Positions 10,801 through 18,720 of a DNA stretch of 64,000 bases are shown here, in pieces (within the stretch, counting starts at the first letter, position 1; the number at the start of each line of letters is the position of its first letter). The stretch is from the NCBI GenBank assembly GCA_047947115.1, contig CP170459.1, positions 2,176,001 through 2,240,000 of the forward strand. The letters run 5' to 3'. The translations under genes were made by a program, and so were the position numbers. A model generated the notes under the pieces. It searched no databases, was not told the origin of the DNA, and saw nothing but the letters and a program-made list of their open reading frames with translations. Source of the stretch: Verrucomicrobiota bacterium (GTDB lineage: Bacteria; Verrucomicrobiota; Verrucomicrobiia; Limisphaerales; AAA164-E04).

Positions 10801-11156
10801 CCCATGGACCAGAATTCAGGCCGCACGCCGATCAGTTGGGATTGATTGGCTCTTGCTTCTCCACCGGATGCCGAACCGACCGCGGGTAATTGGAGCGCGG
10901 ATGTGATGTCCGCGAACGGTTCTGCTTCCAGTGCATCGGCCAGTGCCTCCCGGAACAGCCGGTCGTTCCCCGTGATGACGGTATCAATGCGACCCAGCCG
11001 AGCCATTGCCATGTCGAGCAGACTGCCTCGCACGGAATCCCCAACCACCAGCGCTCCAATCAAGATGGAGGAGGCGATCACCGCGCCAAGAAAGGTTCCG
11101 ACGTGGGATTTCGCGTAGAAACTCAGACTGCGTATGAGAAATTTCCAGGCGTTCAT
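7824..11156 (-). CDS. ABC transporter permease, duplicated FtsX/MacB-like
   Basis: 1110 aa with two FtsX-type halves (EQRTREAGILMALG, DRRAELGLLAAVG) and multiple TM segments. Confidence 0.9.
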   Translation of the reverse strand: MNAWKFLIRSLSFYAKSHVGTFLGAVIASSILIGALVVGDSVRGSLLDMAMARLGRIDTVITGNDRLFREALADALEAEPFADITSALQLPAVGSASGGEARANQSQLIGVRPEFWSMGLKPTPDAHPGKEEVTLSRALASQLKVEPGDNIILRVQKPSLISPDAPLAPEEDTSLALTLTVAHIVEDASMGRFSLHASQLPPWNAFVDLEFLQTELETPGKANLLLLAQSADTPTAPTDGTAALETLREHWTLEDTQLNWVDLNATGGTGYELRSERVFMNDVSVNSALQASEKGKGLLTYFVNGIKKGDRETPFSMVTAAESGFLPTDMKDDEIVITQWLADDLDAKQGDSIDLSYFVVGLGRALEETSVRFTVRDIVPLEQPYADPTFMPDFPGLKDADNCRDWDTGFPIDLDKIRSKDNDFWEEHKGTPKAFITLARGKEIWKNRFGSLTAVRYSGVTTEEERNLITQQIQKRLDPAKIGIMSIPVKQQAWASVSQSQDFGGLFIGFSFFLITAALILMNLLFQFVIEQRTREAGILMALGMTPKRLKQFLLREGVLLSLLGTIVGAILAVLYAKGMLYGLSTIWRDAVGTSSLTFHFNPPTVAGGFVGSIAVAGLTLWFGLRKQLQKPAQVLLTESQVEGQTLDKGNSGSSKWFLIGSACGLGAIGAAALGAMGDPSKAAGAFFGAGAWMLVSGLLLASAYLRKLQAASGDHSPSLVQWGLRNASRRRKRSLATVSMLACGSFLIIAVGANKLDALRDADQRASGTGGFAFWGESSKPIIKDLNTEDGALSYNLFPEDLEGVRFVSFRQRAGEEASCLNLNRAQRPRILGVNPQELASRKAFTFAQTWAKVPEDGSAWDLLSKNEPDGTIPGIADFNSIMWAMGKSVGDILIFQNTNGETFKVRLVAGIANSILQGNVIIAETAFTTQFPNEAGYKVFLVDAPTEKKEDVSKNLSRAMEDEGLTLTDTIDRMSAFNAVQNTYLSTFQLLGGLGMILGSFGLGAVVLRNLLDRRAELGLLAAVGFTKNRIRLLVLVEHVGLLMAGLLIGTISALMAVYPSLQSPGADIPYASLAATLGVICTTGFVWTWLAAQSALNGRFLDALRNQ

Positions 11157-11860
11157 GACTCTTCACAAGTGTGGAGATGTCCATCCTCCAGTTCCAGCAC
11201 GGTGGCCATGGATTGTGCCAGCTCCATGGAATGGGTGACGGTCACCAGAGTGATGTTTTCCTCGTGATTCAATTCCATCAACAACTGACCGAGGTTTTCG
11301 GAAGAAGTACGGTCCAGCGCTCCGGTGGGTTCGTCGGCCAGAAGGATTTTGGGTTTGTTGATCAAAGCCCTAACGACGGCGACCCGCTGACGTTCGCCGC
11401 CTGAAAGTTGGCCCGGTTTATGATCGATGCGGTGGTCCAGTCCAACCCGCTTGAGCAGTTTTCGGCCGCGTTCTTCGGCTTCGGCCATGCCATCGGATTT
11501 GGAGGTCGCCAGCAGGGGGACCAGCACGTTTTCCATGACCGACAATTGCGGGAGGAGGTGGTGCGATTGAAAAATAAAGCCTACGACCCGACGGCGAAAA
11601 TCGGATAATTCCTCTTCATCCGACTTGTTCAAGTATTGACCGGCGATGCGGACCGAACCATCCGTTGCCGTATCCAGCGCCCCCATGATGTTGAGCAGCG
11701 TGCTTTTACCTGAACCCGAAGGGCCGATGATGGCCATGGATTCTCCTTCGTAAACCTCAAGGTCGATCTCGGTAAGAACCCGTGTCAACGACTCCGAATC
11801 CCTGGTTCCATAAGATTTTGAAACCTTTTCAAGCAGCATGATGGGTTCCTTTGCGGACAT
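11153..11860 (-). CDS. ABC transporter ATP-binding protein, LolD/MacB-like
   Basis: GPSGSGKST, LSGGERQRVA, LLADEPTG, VTH. Overlaps the permease start by 4 bp. Confidence 0.95.
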   Translation of the reverse strand: MSAKEPIMLLEKVSKSYGTRDSESLTRVLTEIDLEVYEGESMAIIGPSGSGKSTLLNIMGALDTATDGSVRIAGQYLNKSDEEELSDFRRRVVGFIFQSHHLLPQLSVMENVLVPLLATSKSDGMAEAEERGRKLLKRVGLDHRIDHKPGQLSGGERQRVAVVRALINKPKILLADEPTGALDRTSSENLGQLLMELNHEENITLVTVTHSMELAQSMATVLELEDGHLHTCEES

Positions 11861-11925
11861 ACCCTCACTAAACCGCAAAATCCACCGCTAGGCAAAGGAA
11901 TTTCCGTGATTTGCGTGCGTGTTCC

Positions 11926-12399
11926 TCATCCTAGCCAGGTGGAGTAGGGGTGGTTGGCAAGCATGGCGTTGAAGTAACGCGGATCACCTGATACCTCTTC
12001 CAACACCCATTCGGGAAGAATGATCTCCTGATCCGTCGATTCCAGTTCGATCTCCGCCAGAATAAGCCCTTTGTTGGCGCCCTCAAAGACGTCCACTTCC
12101 CAAAGCATGCCTTCGTGACGGGTGTAATAGCGGGTCTTTTCAATGAGACCCGCATCACAAAAATGTTCCAGCATATGGCTGGCATCTTCTGCGGGGATTT
12201 CGTATTCGAATTCTTCGCGCTGGATACCGTCACGTTTGGATTTCATGGTAAGATATCCGCGGCCTCCGAGCAATCTGACCCGCATCGAACAGGGGGCCAG
12301 GGAGGAGATGTAGCCTTGATGACAGTGAAGATGTCGTTCGGCCTGGTTCCAGGTTCCGTCCGGATCGACAAGAAATTTCCGTTCGATTTCAATTCCCAT
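11926..12399 (-). CDS. CYTH domain protein (triphosphate tunnel metalloenzyme)
   Basis: MGIEIERKFLV (ExExK), REEFEYEIP, IEKTRY, WEVDVFEG, AEIEL. Confidence 0.93.
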   Translation of the reverse strand: MGIEIERKFLVDPDGTWNQAERHLHCHQGYISSLAPCSMRVRLLGGRGYLTMKSKRDGIQREEFEYEIPAEDASHMLEHFCDAGLIEKTRYYTRHEGMLWEVDVFEGANKGLILAEIELESTDQEIILPEWVLEEVSGDPRYFNAMLANHPYSTWLG

Positions 12400-12428
12400 G
12401 ATGATGAAAGTGTCGGCTTGGCTGGAAC

Positions 12429-13352
12429 TTAAAAGGATGTCATGTCTGATGCCACCGGCAACTTGATGATGGATTGCCAGTTTTTCCGGATGAAAGCCTC
12501 GAATTCCGAGGGTTTTTCCTCGAAACCTGCGCGTGCAAATACCTTGCATTGATTCTCCAACGACTTCTCGCATTGTCTGATGCGCACATCACACCTGGCC
12601 AGTTGATCGGACGAAAAATCCTTGGCGGATACCTGATGGATGTGTTGCCGGTAAACATGAAGGTCGTGATGATTGCCGAGCAGCTTGCTGAGCTTAGACA
12701 AGACCTGCTCGCGTTTTTTCAACTTTTCGCACCCCATGGTTTCCAGGAAACGCAATTGATAAAGCAGGTGTTTCGTCCATTTGCGCCAGTCGTGAAACAA
12801 ATGCAGATCCTTTTCGGCGTAGGCGGTTCCAAATCGTTTCCTCGCCTTTCCATAGGTGATGCGCAGGCCGAGGATAATGGCGTCCTGTGAGGCGAGTGCC
12901 TTGTTTCCGGACTGGCGCTTCCAGAAAGTCGACTCAGCGTCCAATCGCTTTTCGACGGTCTTCCAGTCAATCGGTTCCAACGCAACCTCCTTAACTTGGT
13001 CGAGAAGCGGCATCAAGGCTCTCATGCTTTTGCCGGTCTTTTTTCCCGAAGTCTTTTTGAGCAGCATTGCGTGCGTTTTAAGGAGCACATCGCCATCTCT
13101 GCGGCCAGCCAGTTCAGTGGCGGCGGATTTGATGCGTTGATTGGCGCTGCGGTAGGAGTTCGGATGAACATGAGGACGGGTGAGTTGCTGCCGAGAACGG
13201 AGAATTTTAAGAATAATACGAATACGGTGCACCGCATCCTCCGTATCGGCTTGATCCGATCGAACGATCTTTCTGGCTTCATCCACCAACTCCAGGGTCG
13301 AATGAAACAGGCACCCCTCAGGGGAGGGGCTTATTTCCGCATTGGAATGCAT
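12429..13352 (-). CDS. CHAD domain protein
   Basis: VHRIRIILKILRS, RRDGDV, FHDWRKWTKHLLYQL, LGNHHDL. Confidence 0.88.
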   Translation of the reverse strand: MHSNAEISPSPEGCLFHSTLELVDEARKIVRSDQADTEDAVHRIRIILKILRSRQQLTRPHVHPNSYRSANQRIKSAATELAGRRDGDVLLKTHAMLLKKTSGKKTGKSMRALMPLLDQVKEVALEPIDWKTVEKRLDAESTFWKRQSGNKALASQDAIILGLRITYGKARKRFGTAYAEKDLHLFHDWRKWTKHLLYQLRFLETMGCEKLKKREQVLSKLSKLLGNHHDLHVYRQHIHQVSAKDFSSDQLARCDVRIRQCEKSLENQCKVFARAGFEEKPSEFEAFIRKNWQSIIKLPVASDMTSF

Positions 13353-13500
13353 TACGACAAAACAGAAACAACTATACGACGATTGTGTTACGGCTTTGAA
13401 TCTAAGGATTCTTCGGGATAAATCGAGCGCGGAATTGTTACAATTGCTCATGAGCCGGTTTCCGCTTGCTGAAATGGGTCTGGTTCTTCAATCTCTACGC

Positions 13501-13788
13501 ATGTCGAAGACTGATTTTGATATCCATTATGTGGCGCGACTTGCCCGTTTGGAACTGGGCTCTGAGGAAGAGGAAACATTCGGGCGCCAGATCGAGCAAA
13601 TCATCCACTACGTGGAGCAACTCCAACAGCTGGATGTGGATCAAGTCCAACCCACCGCCCATCCCGTGCCTCTGACGAATGTGACGCGCCCCGATGAGGT
13701 GCGCGGTTCATTGACCAATGAGGAGGCCCTCATGAACGCGCCGGCCAAAGGGAATGGATTGTTCATGGTCCCCAAAATTGTCGAATAA
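13501..13788 (+). CDS. gatC: Asp/Glu-tRNA amidotransferase subunit C
   Basis: VARLARLEL...PTAHP..LTNVTRPD...NAP...FMVPKIVE, directly upstream of gatA. Confidence 0.95.
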   Translation: MSKTDFDIHYVARLARLELGSEEEETFGRQIEQIIHYVEQLQQLDVDQVQPTAHPVPLTNVTRPDEVRGSLTNEEALMNAPAKGNGLFMVPKIVE

Positions 13789-13821
13789 ACATCGTATTTC
13801 ACCCTGTTTCCGATCATTTAC

Positions 13822-15282
13822 ATGGATTGTTTTCAAACACTTGCTTCACTCCGTCAGCGGCTCTTGGACGGAGAAATCACCTCCAAAGAGGTCGTGTCTG
13901 GTTTTCTTGGCCGGATTGAATCTGTTGATTCCGACCTGAACGCCTTGATTCATCTGGACAAGGAGGGGGCTTTGAAACAGGCCCAAACCGCCGATGAAGC
14001 CTTGGCATCCGATCCGGATGCCAGAAGCAAACCCCTAATCGGGCTGCCGGTTGTAGTCAAAGACAATATTGCCGAACGAGGTCAACCGCTTACCTGCGCC
14101 TCCAAAATACTGTCCAATTTCGTGGCGCCCTACGATTCGACAGTGGTGTCCAAATTGAAATCAGCCGGTGCCGTCCTGATGGGGCGTGCGAATCTGGATG
14201 AATTTGCCATGGGGAGTTCCACGGAGAATTCCGCCCGGGCGATTACCCGTAATCCATGGGATGCGGACCATATACCTGGCGGATCGTCCGGAGGTTCGGC
14301 CGCAGCTGTGAGCGCCGGTCTATGTGCTGCCGCGATTGGTTCGGATACGGGAGGGTCCATTCGTCAGCCTGCATCCTTTTGCGGTTGTGTGGGGTTGAAG
14401 CCTAGTTATGGACGTGTTTCCCGTTTCGGCTTGACTGCCTTTGCCTCATCGCTGGACCAGATCGGTCCCCTGACACGGGATGTGCGGGATGCCGCGACGG
14501 TTCTCAATGTGATTGCCGGGCATGATGAACGCGACTCAACCAGTGTTCCCAGGGAAACCGAGGATTATACCGCTCCACTTGGACAGGATATCAAGGGCTT
14601 GAAAGTCGGCTTGCCCAAGGAATACTTCATCGAAGGATTGGATCCGGCAGTCAAAGCGTCCATTGATGGTGCTGTCTCCCAGTTCCAACAACTGGGGGCC
14701 GAGATCGTTGAAGTATCTCTTCCTCACACCGAGTATGCCATTGCCACCTATTACATCATCTGTACTGCTGAAGCCAGTGCCAACCTTGCACGCTTTGACG
14801 GGATTCGATATGGCGCCCGTGTGGATGGAAAGGATCCGGTGGAACTTTATGCCAAAACGCGCGGCGCAGGTTTCGGATCAGAGGTAAAACGTCGAATTAT
14901 CCTTGGGACCTACGTTCTCAGTAGCGGCTATTATGATGCGTACTATTTGAGAGCCCAGAAGGTGCGTACACTGATTCGACAGGATTTCCAAAATGCCTTT
15001 GATCAAGTTGATTTGCTTTTGACTCCCACCGTGGCCGCGCCAGCTTTCAAAGTGGGCGAAAAATCGACGGATCCCTTGCAGATGTATTTGACCGATATTT
15101 TCACCATTTCTGCCAATCTGGTAGGTAATTGTGGTTTGAGTTTGCCTTGTGGATTCTCCGAGAATCCCAAACTCCCTATTGGTCTTCAGCTCATGGGACG
15201 CCCATTTGAAGAAGCCAACCTGCTCAAAGCGGCCTATGCCTACGAGCAATCAACCGACTGGCATAAAGCCTTCCCTTCTTAA
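13822..15282 (+). CDS. gatA: Asp/Glu-tRNA amidotransferase subunit A
   Basis: [62 protein letters not shown]. Confidence 0.98.
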   Translation: MDCFQTLASLRQRLLDGEITSKEVVSGFLGRIESVDSDLNALIHLDKEGALKQAQTADEALASDPDARSKPLIGLPVVVKDNIAERGQPLTCASKILSNFVAPYDSTVVSKLKSAGAVLMGRANLDEFAMGSSTENSARAITRNPWDADHIPGGSSGGSAAAVSAGLCAAAIGSDTGGSIRQPASFCGCVGLKPSYGRVSRFGLTAFASSLDQIGPLTRDVRDAATVLNVIAGHDERDSTSVPRETEDYTAPLGQDIKGLKVGLPKEYFIEGLDPAVKASIDGAVSQFQQLGAEIVEVSLPHTEYAIATYYIICTAEASANLARFDGIRYGARVDGKDPVELYAKTRGAGFGSEVKRRIILGTYVLSSGYYDAYYLRAQKVRTLIRQDFQNAFDQVDLLLTPTVAAPAFKVGEKSTDPLQMYLTDIFTISANLVGNCGLSLPCGFSENPKLPIGLQLMGRPFEEANLLKAAYAYEQSTDWHKAFPS

Positions 15283-15339
15283 AGTGGGAATTCAGAAGGG
15301 TGGATGATGGGCGATTCCGTTTGCCAGTCACTTGCCGCC

Positions 15340-15366
15340 GGTAAGGCCTGGCGTTCCTGGCACGCC
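15340..15366 (+). repeat. Degenerate REP-like element
   Basis: GGTAAGGCCTGGCGTTCCTGGCACGCC resembles the GTAG-headed element at 31770-31794 (minus strand). Confidence 0.3.
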
Positions 15367-15479
15367 TTTGTGGCTCCCATCGGGTCAAATGCAGCAGGAA
15401 GCCAAAATCAATGGCATTCAACACTCTGCATCCGCATCGTTATCGTTCGCGGGCGGATGGATTCTATCTGATCGTGGAA

Positions 15480-16322
15480 TCAATTACCTGTTCTCACAGT
15501 CGTTCGTTCTGCCAGCCAGATGACATCGGGATTGTTCGGAGAAGCCACGTTCAGTTGTAGTGTATTGCTGTTTTCCACCCGAGGCATGGTTCGGGCATCC
15601 CGCCATTTCTTGATTTCGGCATGACCGTCGGCAAACGACAAACCTGCCGCTCCGTTGTGGTAACTCGCCGGGAAATCAATCATCCGGGCTGAACCGGGAT
15701 CTTCCACCATCTGGTTGGCATAGCCGCCCGCATTGATGCTGTCAGGGTGTTCGTCCAGCAGGACATAAAGATTGGAGGGGCCCGGATTGCCAAAGTCACT
15801 CGATTTCAGGAAAATCTTGTAAGATTTTTGGTTGTTTTGAAATCCGCTGCCGGGAGGAAGCCATCCGCCGGGGCCACCCATGGCCTGACTCATTCCCATG
15901 CTGCGAACCCTTGAATGACGTGTCCCATTTATCTGCACATAGCTGCGGTCTGCGGGGCAAAGGTAAACTTTGGTTGTTGGCAGATACGGAGCAAATTTGG
16001 CGCGTTTGGGATCAAGCAAATCCTGAATGTTGGTGTTATCCCGATTACTTGGATTGTAATCCAGCCATCCGCCTACCCATGCTCCCTCTTCCGTTCCACT
16101 GTTGCCCGGTTTGGTCAGGTAATCGCTGTTGTCGTCCGGATACATCAAGTGAGCCAGTTGCAATTGTTTCAAATTGTTCAGGCAAGAAATGCCCTGGGCT
16201 TTGGTTTTTGCCTTGGACAGGGCAGGGAGCAACATGCCGGCAAGAATGGCGATAATGGCGATCACGACCAATAATTCGATCAATGTGAATCCCCATTGAC
16301 GCTGACTTGAACGAGTGTGCAT
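15480..16322 (-). CDS. Prepilin-type N-terminal methylation protein with H-X9-DG motif (DUF1559-like)
   Basis: [25 protein letters not shown]...CLNNLKQL, and [13 protein letters not shown]. Confidence 0.93.
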   Translation of the reverse strand: MHTRSSQRQWGFTLIELLVVIAIIAILAGMLLPALSKAKTKAQGISCLNNLKQLQLAHLMYPDDNSDYLTKPGNSGTEEGAWVGGWLDYNPSNRDNTNIQDLLDPKRAKFAPYLPTTKVYLCPADRSYVQINGTRHSRVRSMGMSQAMGGPGGWLPPGSGFQNNQKSYKIFLKSSDFGNPGPSNLYVLLDEHPDSINAGGYANQMVEDPGSARMIDFPASYHNGAAGLSFADGHAEIKKWRDARTMPRVENSNTLQLNVASPNNPDVIWLAERTTVRTGN

Positions 16323-16397
16323 GCTGGATTAATGGAGCTCAGTGGCCGATTTGTCAATGTGGAATGCTTTTTGAAGGGCAATCGGTGAATGTGGAAT

Positions 16398-16433
16398 AAA
16401 AAAAGCGGGCTCCGATTGTCCGGAGCCCGCTTT
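16398..16433 (-). terminator. Rho-independent terminator
   Basis: AAAGCGGGCTCCG-ATTGTC-CGGAGCCCGCTTT with an A-tract on the left (U-tract on the minus strand), downstream of the PpiD-like gene. Confidence 0.88.
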
Positions 16434-16454
16434 CATAAAACCATGATGAGAACC

Positions 16455-18134
16455 TCAGTTGGCTGAGCTGGTGTCCTCGGAGGAATTGGCTGTCACCATC
16501 TGGACGGAGGCCATTTCCTGCTGGAGCCATTCGGAGATTGCTTCGCTGCGGCGGGTTTGACGCAGTTGCTTGGTGAAGTCGGCCAGTTCTTCGTTCATTT
16601 TGGTTTCATCTGCTTCGACGAAATCTTTCAGGAAGAGGATGCCGGCTCCTTCTGTGGTGTTGCTGACTTCGCTGACGTCTCCCGGTTCAAGGGAGAAGGC
16701 CAGGTCCTGCAACCAACTGACGGTAATGCGACGATCGGTGAGCCCGTCCAATGTGCGCGAAGCCAATGAAACATTCGGGACTTCCACAATGGTTTGTCCC
16801 AGTTCGGTGCAGGCTGCTTCAAATGTTTTCCCTTCGGCCATGGCGGCTTTGAGGCTTTCATGAAACTGGGTTGCTTCATCACGGGCCGCCTGGAGTTGCT
16901 GATCGCGCCGGAAGTCCGCCACGACACGTGCCCTTACTTCGTCCAGTGTGGGGGGATGATCGGGAATGATCTCTTCCAGTGCAAACAGGTAGATCGCGTC
17001 CGATGCCTCGAATGGGGTTGCAATGGGGTCTTCTTCGCTTAATTCAAATGCCCGCTGCGTAAAGGTAAACGACACTCCAAGTCCCGGTGCGAGCTGATTG
17101 CGCGAGAATTCCGTGGTCACTTTGGATTCCATTCCTCCTTCGACGGCCAATTGCTCAAGCACTGCCGATGAGTAGGCTTCAAAGTTTGCGAAACCTCTCA
17201 TGAACTTTTTCGTTTCCTCGACAGCGACTTCCAGTCCCGCCTTTTTAAGTTCTTCCTCCCTGATCTGCTCTTTTGCCTCTTCAGCAGAGAGTACTTCGCC
17301 GTTTCGGGTGAAGGAATTGGTGCCGCGGTTCAGATAGATCGCATCGATCATGCTCTGGAGGTTGGTGCTTTGATTGAGCTTGGTTTCCGCTTCGGCCAGG
17401 TAGTTGGTGGCCGCGAATTTCACGTAACGGATCTTGCGTTTTTCTTCGACGCGGTAGAGGGCCATGTTGTTGGTGAAATAATCCTCCAAACCCACCAGAT
17501 CCTGACCAGCCGACATGTGGTTGGTCCGGGAGAACATGACAGCCGATGTGGATGCTGCCAGATTACGGCTCTTGTAAAGTCGTTCTGCTTCCCCCTGGGT
17601 CACCATGTCTCCGCTCAGACTGACCAGGGAGGTCAACTGGCCAATGCCAATGGTGTTGGCCGCATACCGATGCAGGTCGTCCTCGGAAATGCCGCGAGAT
17701 TTGATGGCAGCGAGGACGCTGTCATAGAGTTCGTTGCGAAATGCTCCCGTGGCCGGATCGGAAAAGGAGTTGACCTTCCACTTGGCAATGGATTCAGGGC
17801 CGACCTGGATGTTCATCTCCTCCAGCTTGCGAATCAGCATCAAACGGTTGACGGCTTCCCTGGAGGGATCGAAACCGAATTGGGTGCTTAGTTGCTCCGG
17901 CCACTGTCCCATGTTCAGGAATACCTGAAGCGAGATTTCCTTGTAAGCTTCGTAGTAGTCGGTTTGCGTAATGGGTTGACCTTTATAGGTTCCAACTACT
18001 GCGTCAGAACCGGATCGTCCCCCCGCACCTCCCGAACCCACAGTCGGGGTAAAGAAGATGACAAAGGACACAATGACCACCGCAATGATGACGATGAACA
18101 ACCATTGCTGATGTTTTCGAATATGTGCAAACAT
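16455..18134 (-). CDS. PpiD/SurA-like membrane-anchored periplasmic chaperone
   Basis: MFAHIRKHQQWLFIVIIAVVIVSFV anchor, SurA_N-type region, EKRKIRYVKF, LDEVRARVVAD, rotamase-like segments. Confidence 0.8.
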   Translation of the reverse strand: MFAHIRKHQQWLFIVIIAVVIVSFVIFFTPTVGSGGAGGRSGSDAVVGTYKGQPITQTDYYEAYKEISLQVFLNMGQWPEQLSTQFGFDPSREAVNRLMLIRKLEEMNIQVGPESIAKWKVNSFSDPATGAFRNELYDSVLAAIKSRGISEDDLHRYAANTIGIGQLTSLVSLSGDMVTQGEAERLYKSRNLAASTSAVMFSRTNHMSAGQDLVGLEDYFTNNMALYRVEEKRKIRYVKFAATNYLAEAETKLNQSTNLQSMIDAIYLNRGTNSFTRNGEVLSAEEAKEQIREEELKKAGLEVAVEETKKFMRGFANFEAYSSAVLEQLAVEGGMESKVTTEFSRNQLAPGLGVSFTFTQRAFELSEEDPIATPFEASDAIYLFALEEIIPDHPPTLDEVRARVVADFRRDQQLQAARDEATQFHESLKAAMAEGKTFEAACTELGQTIVEVPNVSLASRTLDGLTDRRITVSWLQDLAFSLEPGDVSEVSNTTEGAGILFLKDFVEADETKMNEELADFTKQLRQTRRSEAISEWLQQEMASVQMVTANSSEDTSSAN

Positions 18135-18330
18135 GGCTTTTTAAATCAATATCTCGTCTACCCAGGCTTCCTGAGGACGTCTGCGTTTTATAATGTCAAA
18201 GTGGCGCACAGTAAACAAGCCCGTGGTCACAGGTCAAATCCAAAAACAAATGATTTCACAATAGCTTCCATTTCCGAATCATCTTTACAGTCCGGAAGGT
18301 CTTGGGTATCGCTGTTGCATGATGCGTTCC

Positions 18331-18720
18331 ATGAGCTTCAAAATTCTTGTGTTCACCGTGACGGTTTTGCTTCAAACCGGTTGTGTGAAAACCACCATCG
18401 TGAACCTGACTCCTTCGAAATTACCCCGCAACTCGCAAGGTGTTTACCGTTTTGAAGCGGCATGGGACAGCAATCAGAAAACCATTCGAGAAGATTCCAT
18501 CCAAGGCTATGTCGTGTTGGATGGGGTGAATGTTCCCATGGAACGAGTTCAAGTGGTTGAGGATAGGTGGGAGGTTCTGCTTCCGTTGGACCAGTCGCCG
18601 GATGGCCATACCTATCAGTTGAAGTTTGATTACCTTTACGACAGTTTTCCGGAACCCAAACCGGACAGCCTTCGGACTCAGCCCTACAGGTTGGATATCG
18701 TCGAACCTAACAGCCCATAG
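18331..18720 (+). CDS. Hypothetical lipoprotein
   Basis: MSFKILVFTVTVLLQTG-C lipobox-like signal followed by a beta-rich mature part. Its 3' end overlaps the comEC 3' end. Confidence 0.7.
   Translation: MSFKILVFTVTVLLQTGCVKTTIVNLTPSKLPRNSQGVYRFEAAWDSNQKTIREDSIQGYVVLDGVNVPMERVQVVEDRWEVLLPLDQSPDGHTYQLKFDYLYDSFPEPKPDSLRTQPYRLDIVEPNSP

Noticed and set aside
13501..15282. gatCA without adjacent gatB
   Set aside because: Split gat operons are common, and gatB is presumably elsewhere in the genome.
15480..16322. Type IV pilus or T2SS locus
   Set aside because: A solitary H-X9-DG prepilin-like gene of a family widely dispersed in PVC genomes, with no assembly genes nearby.
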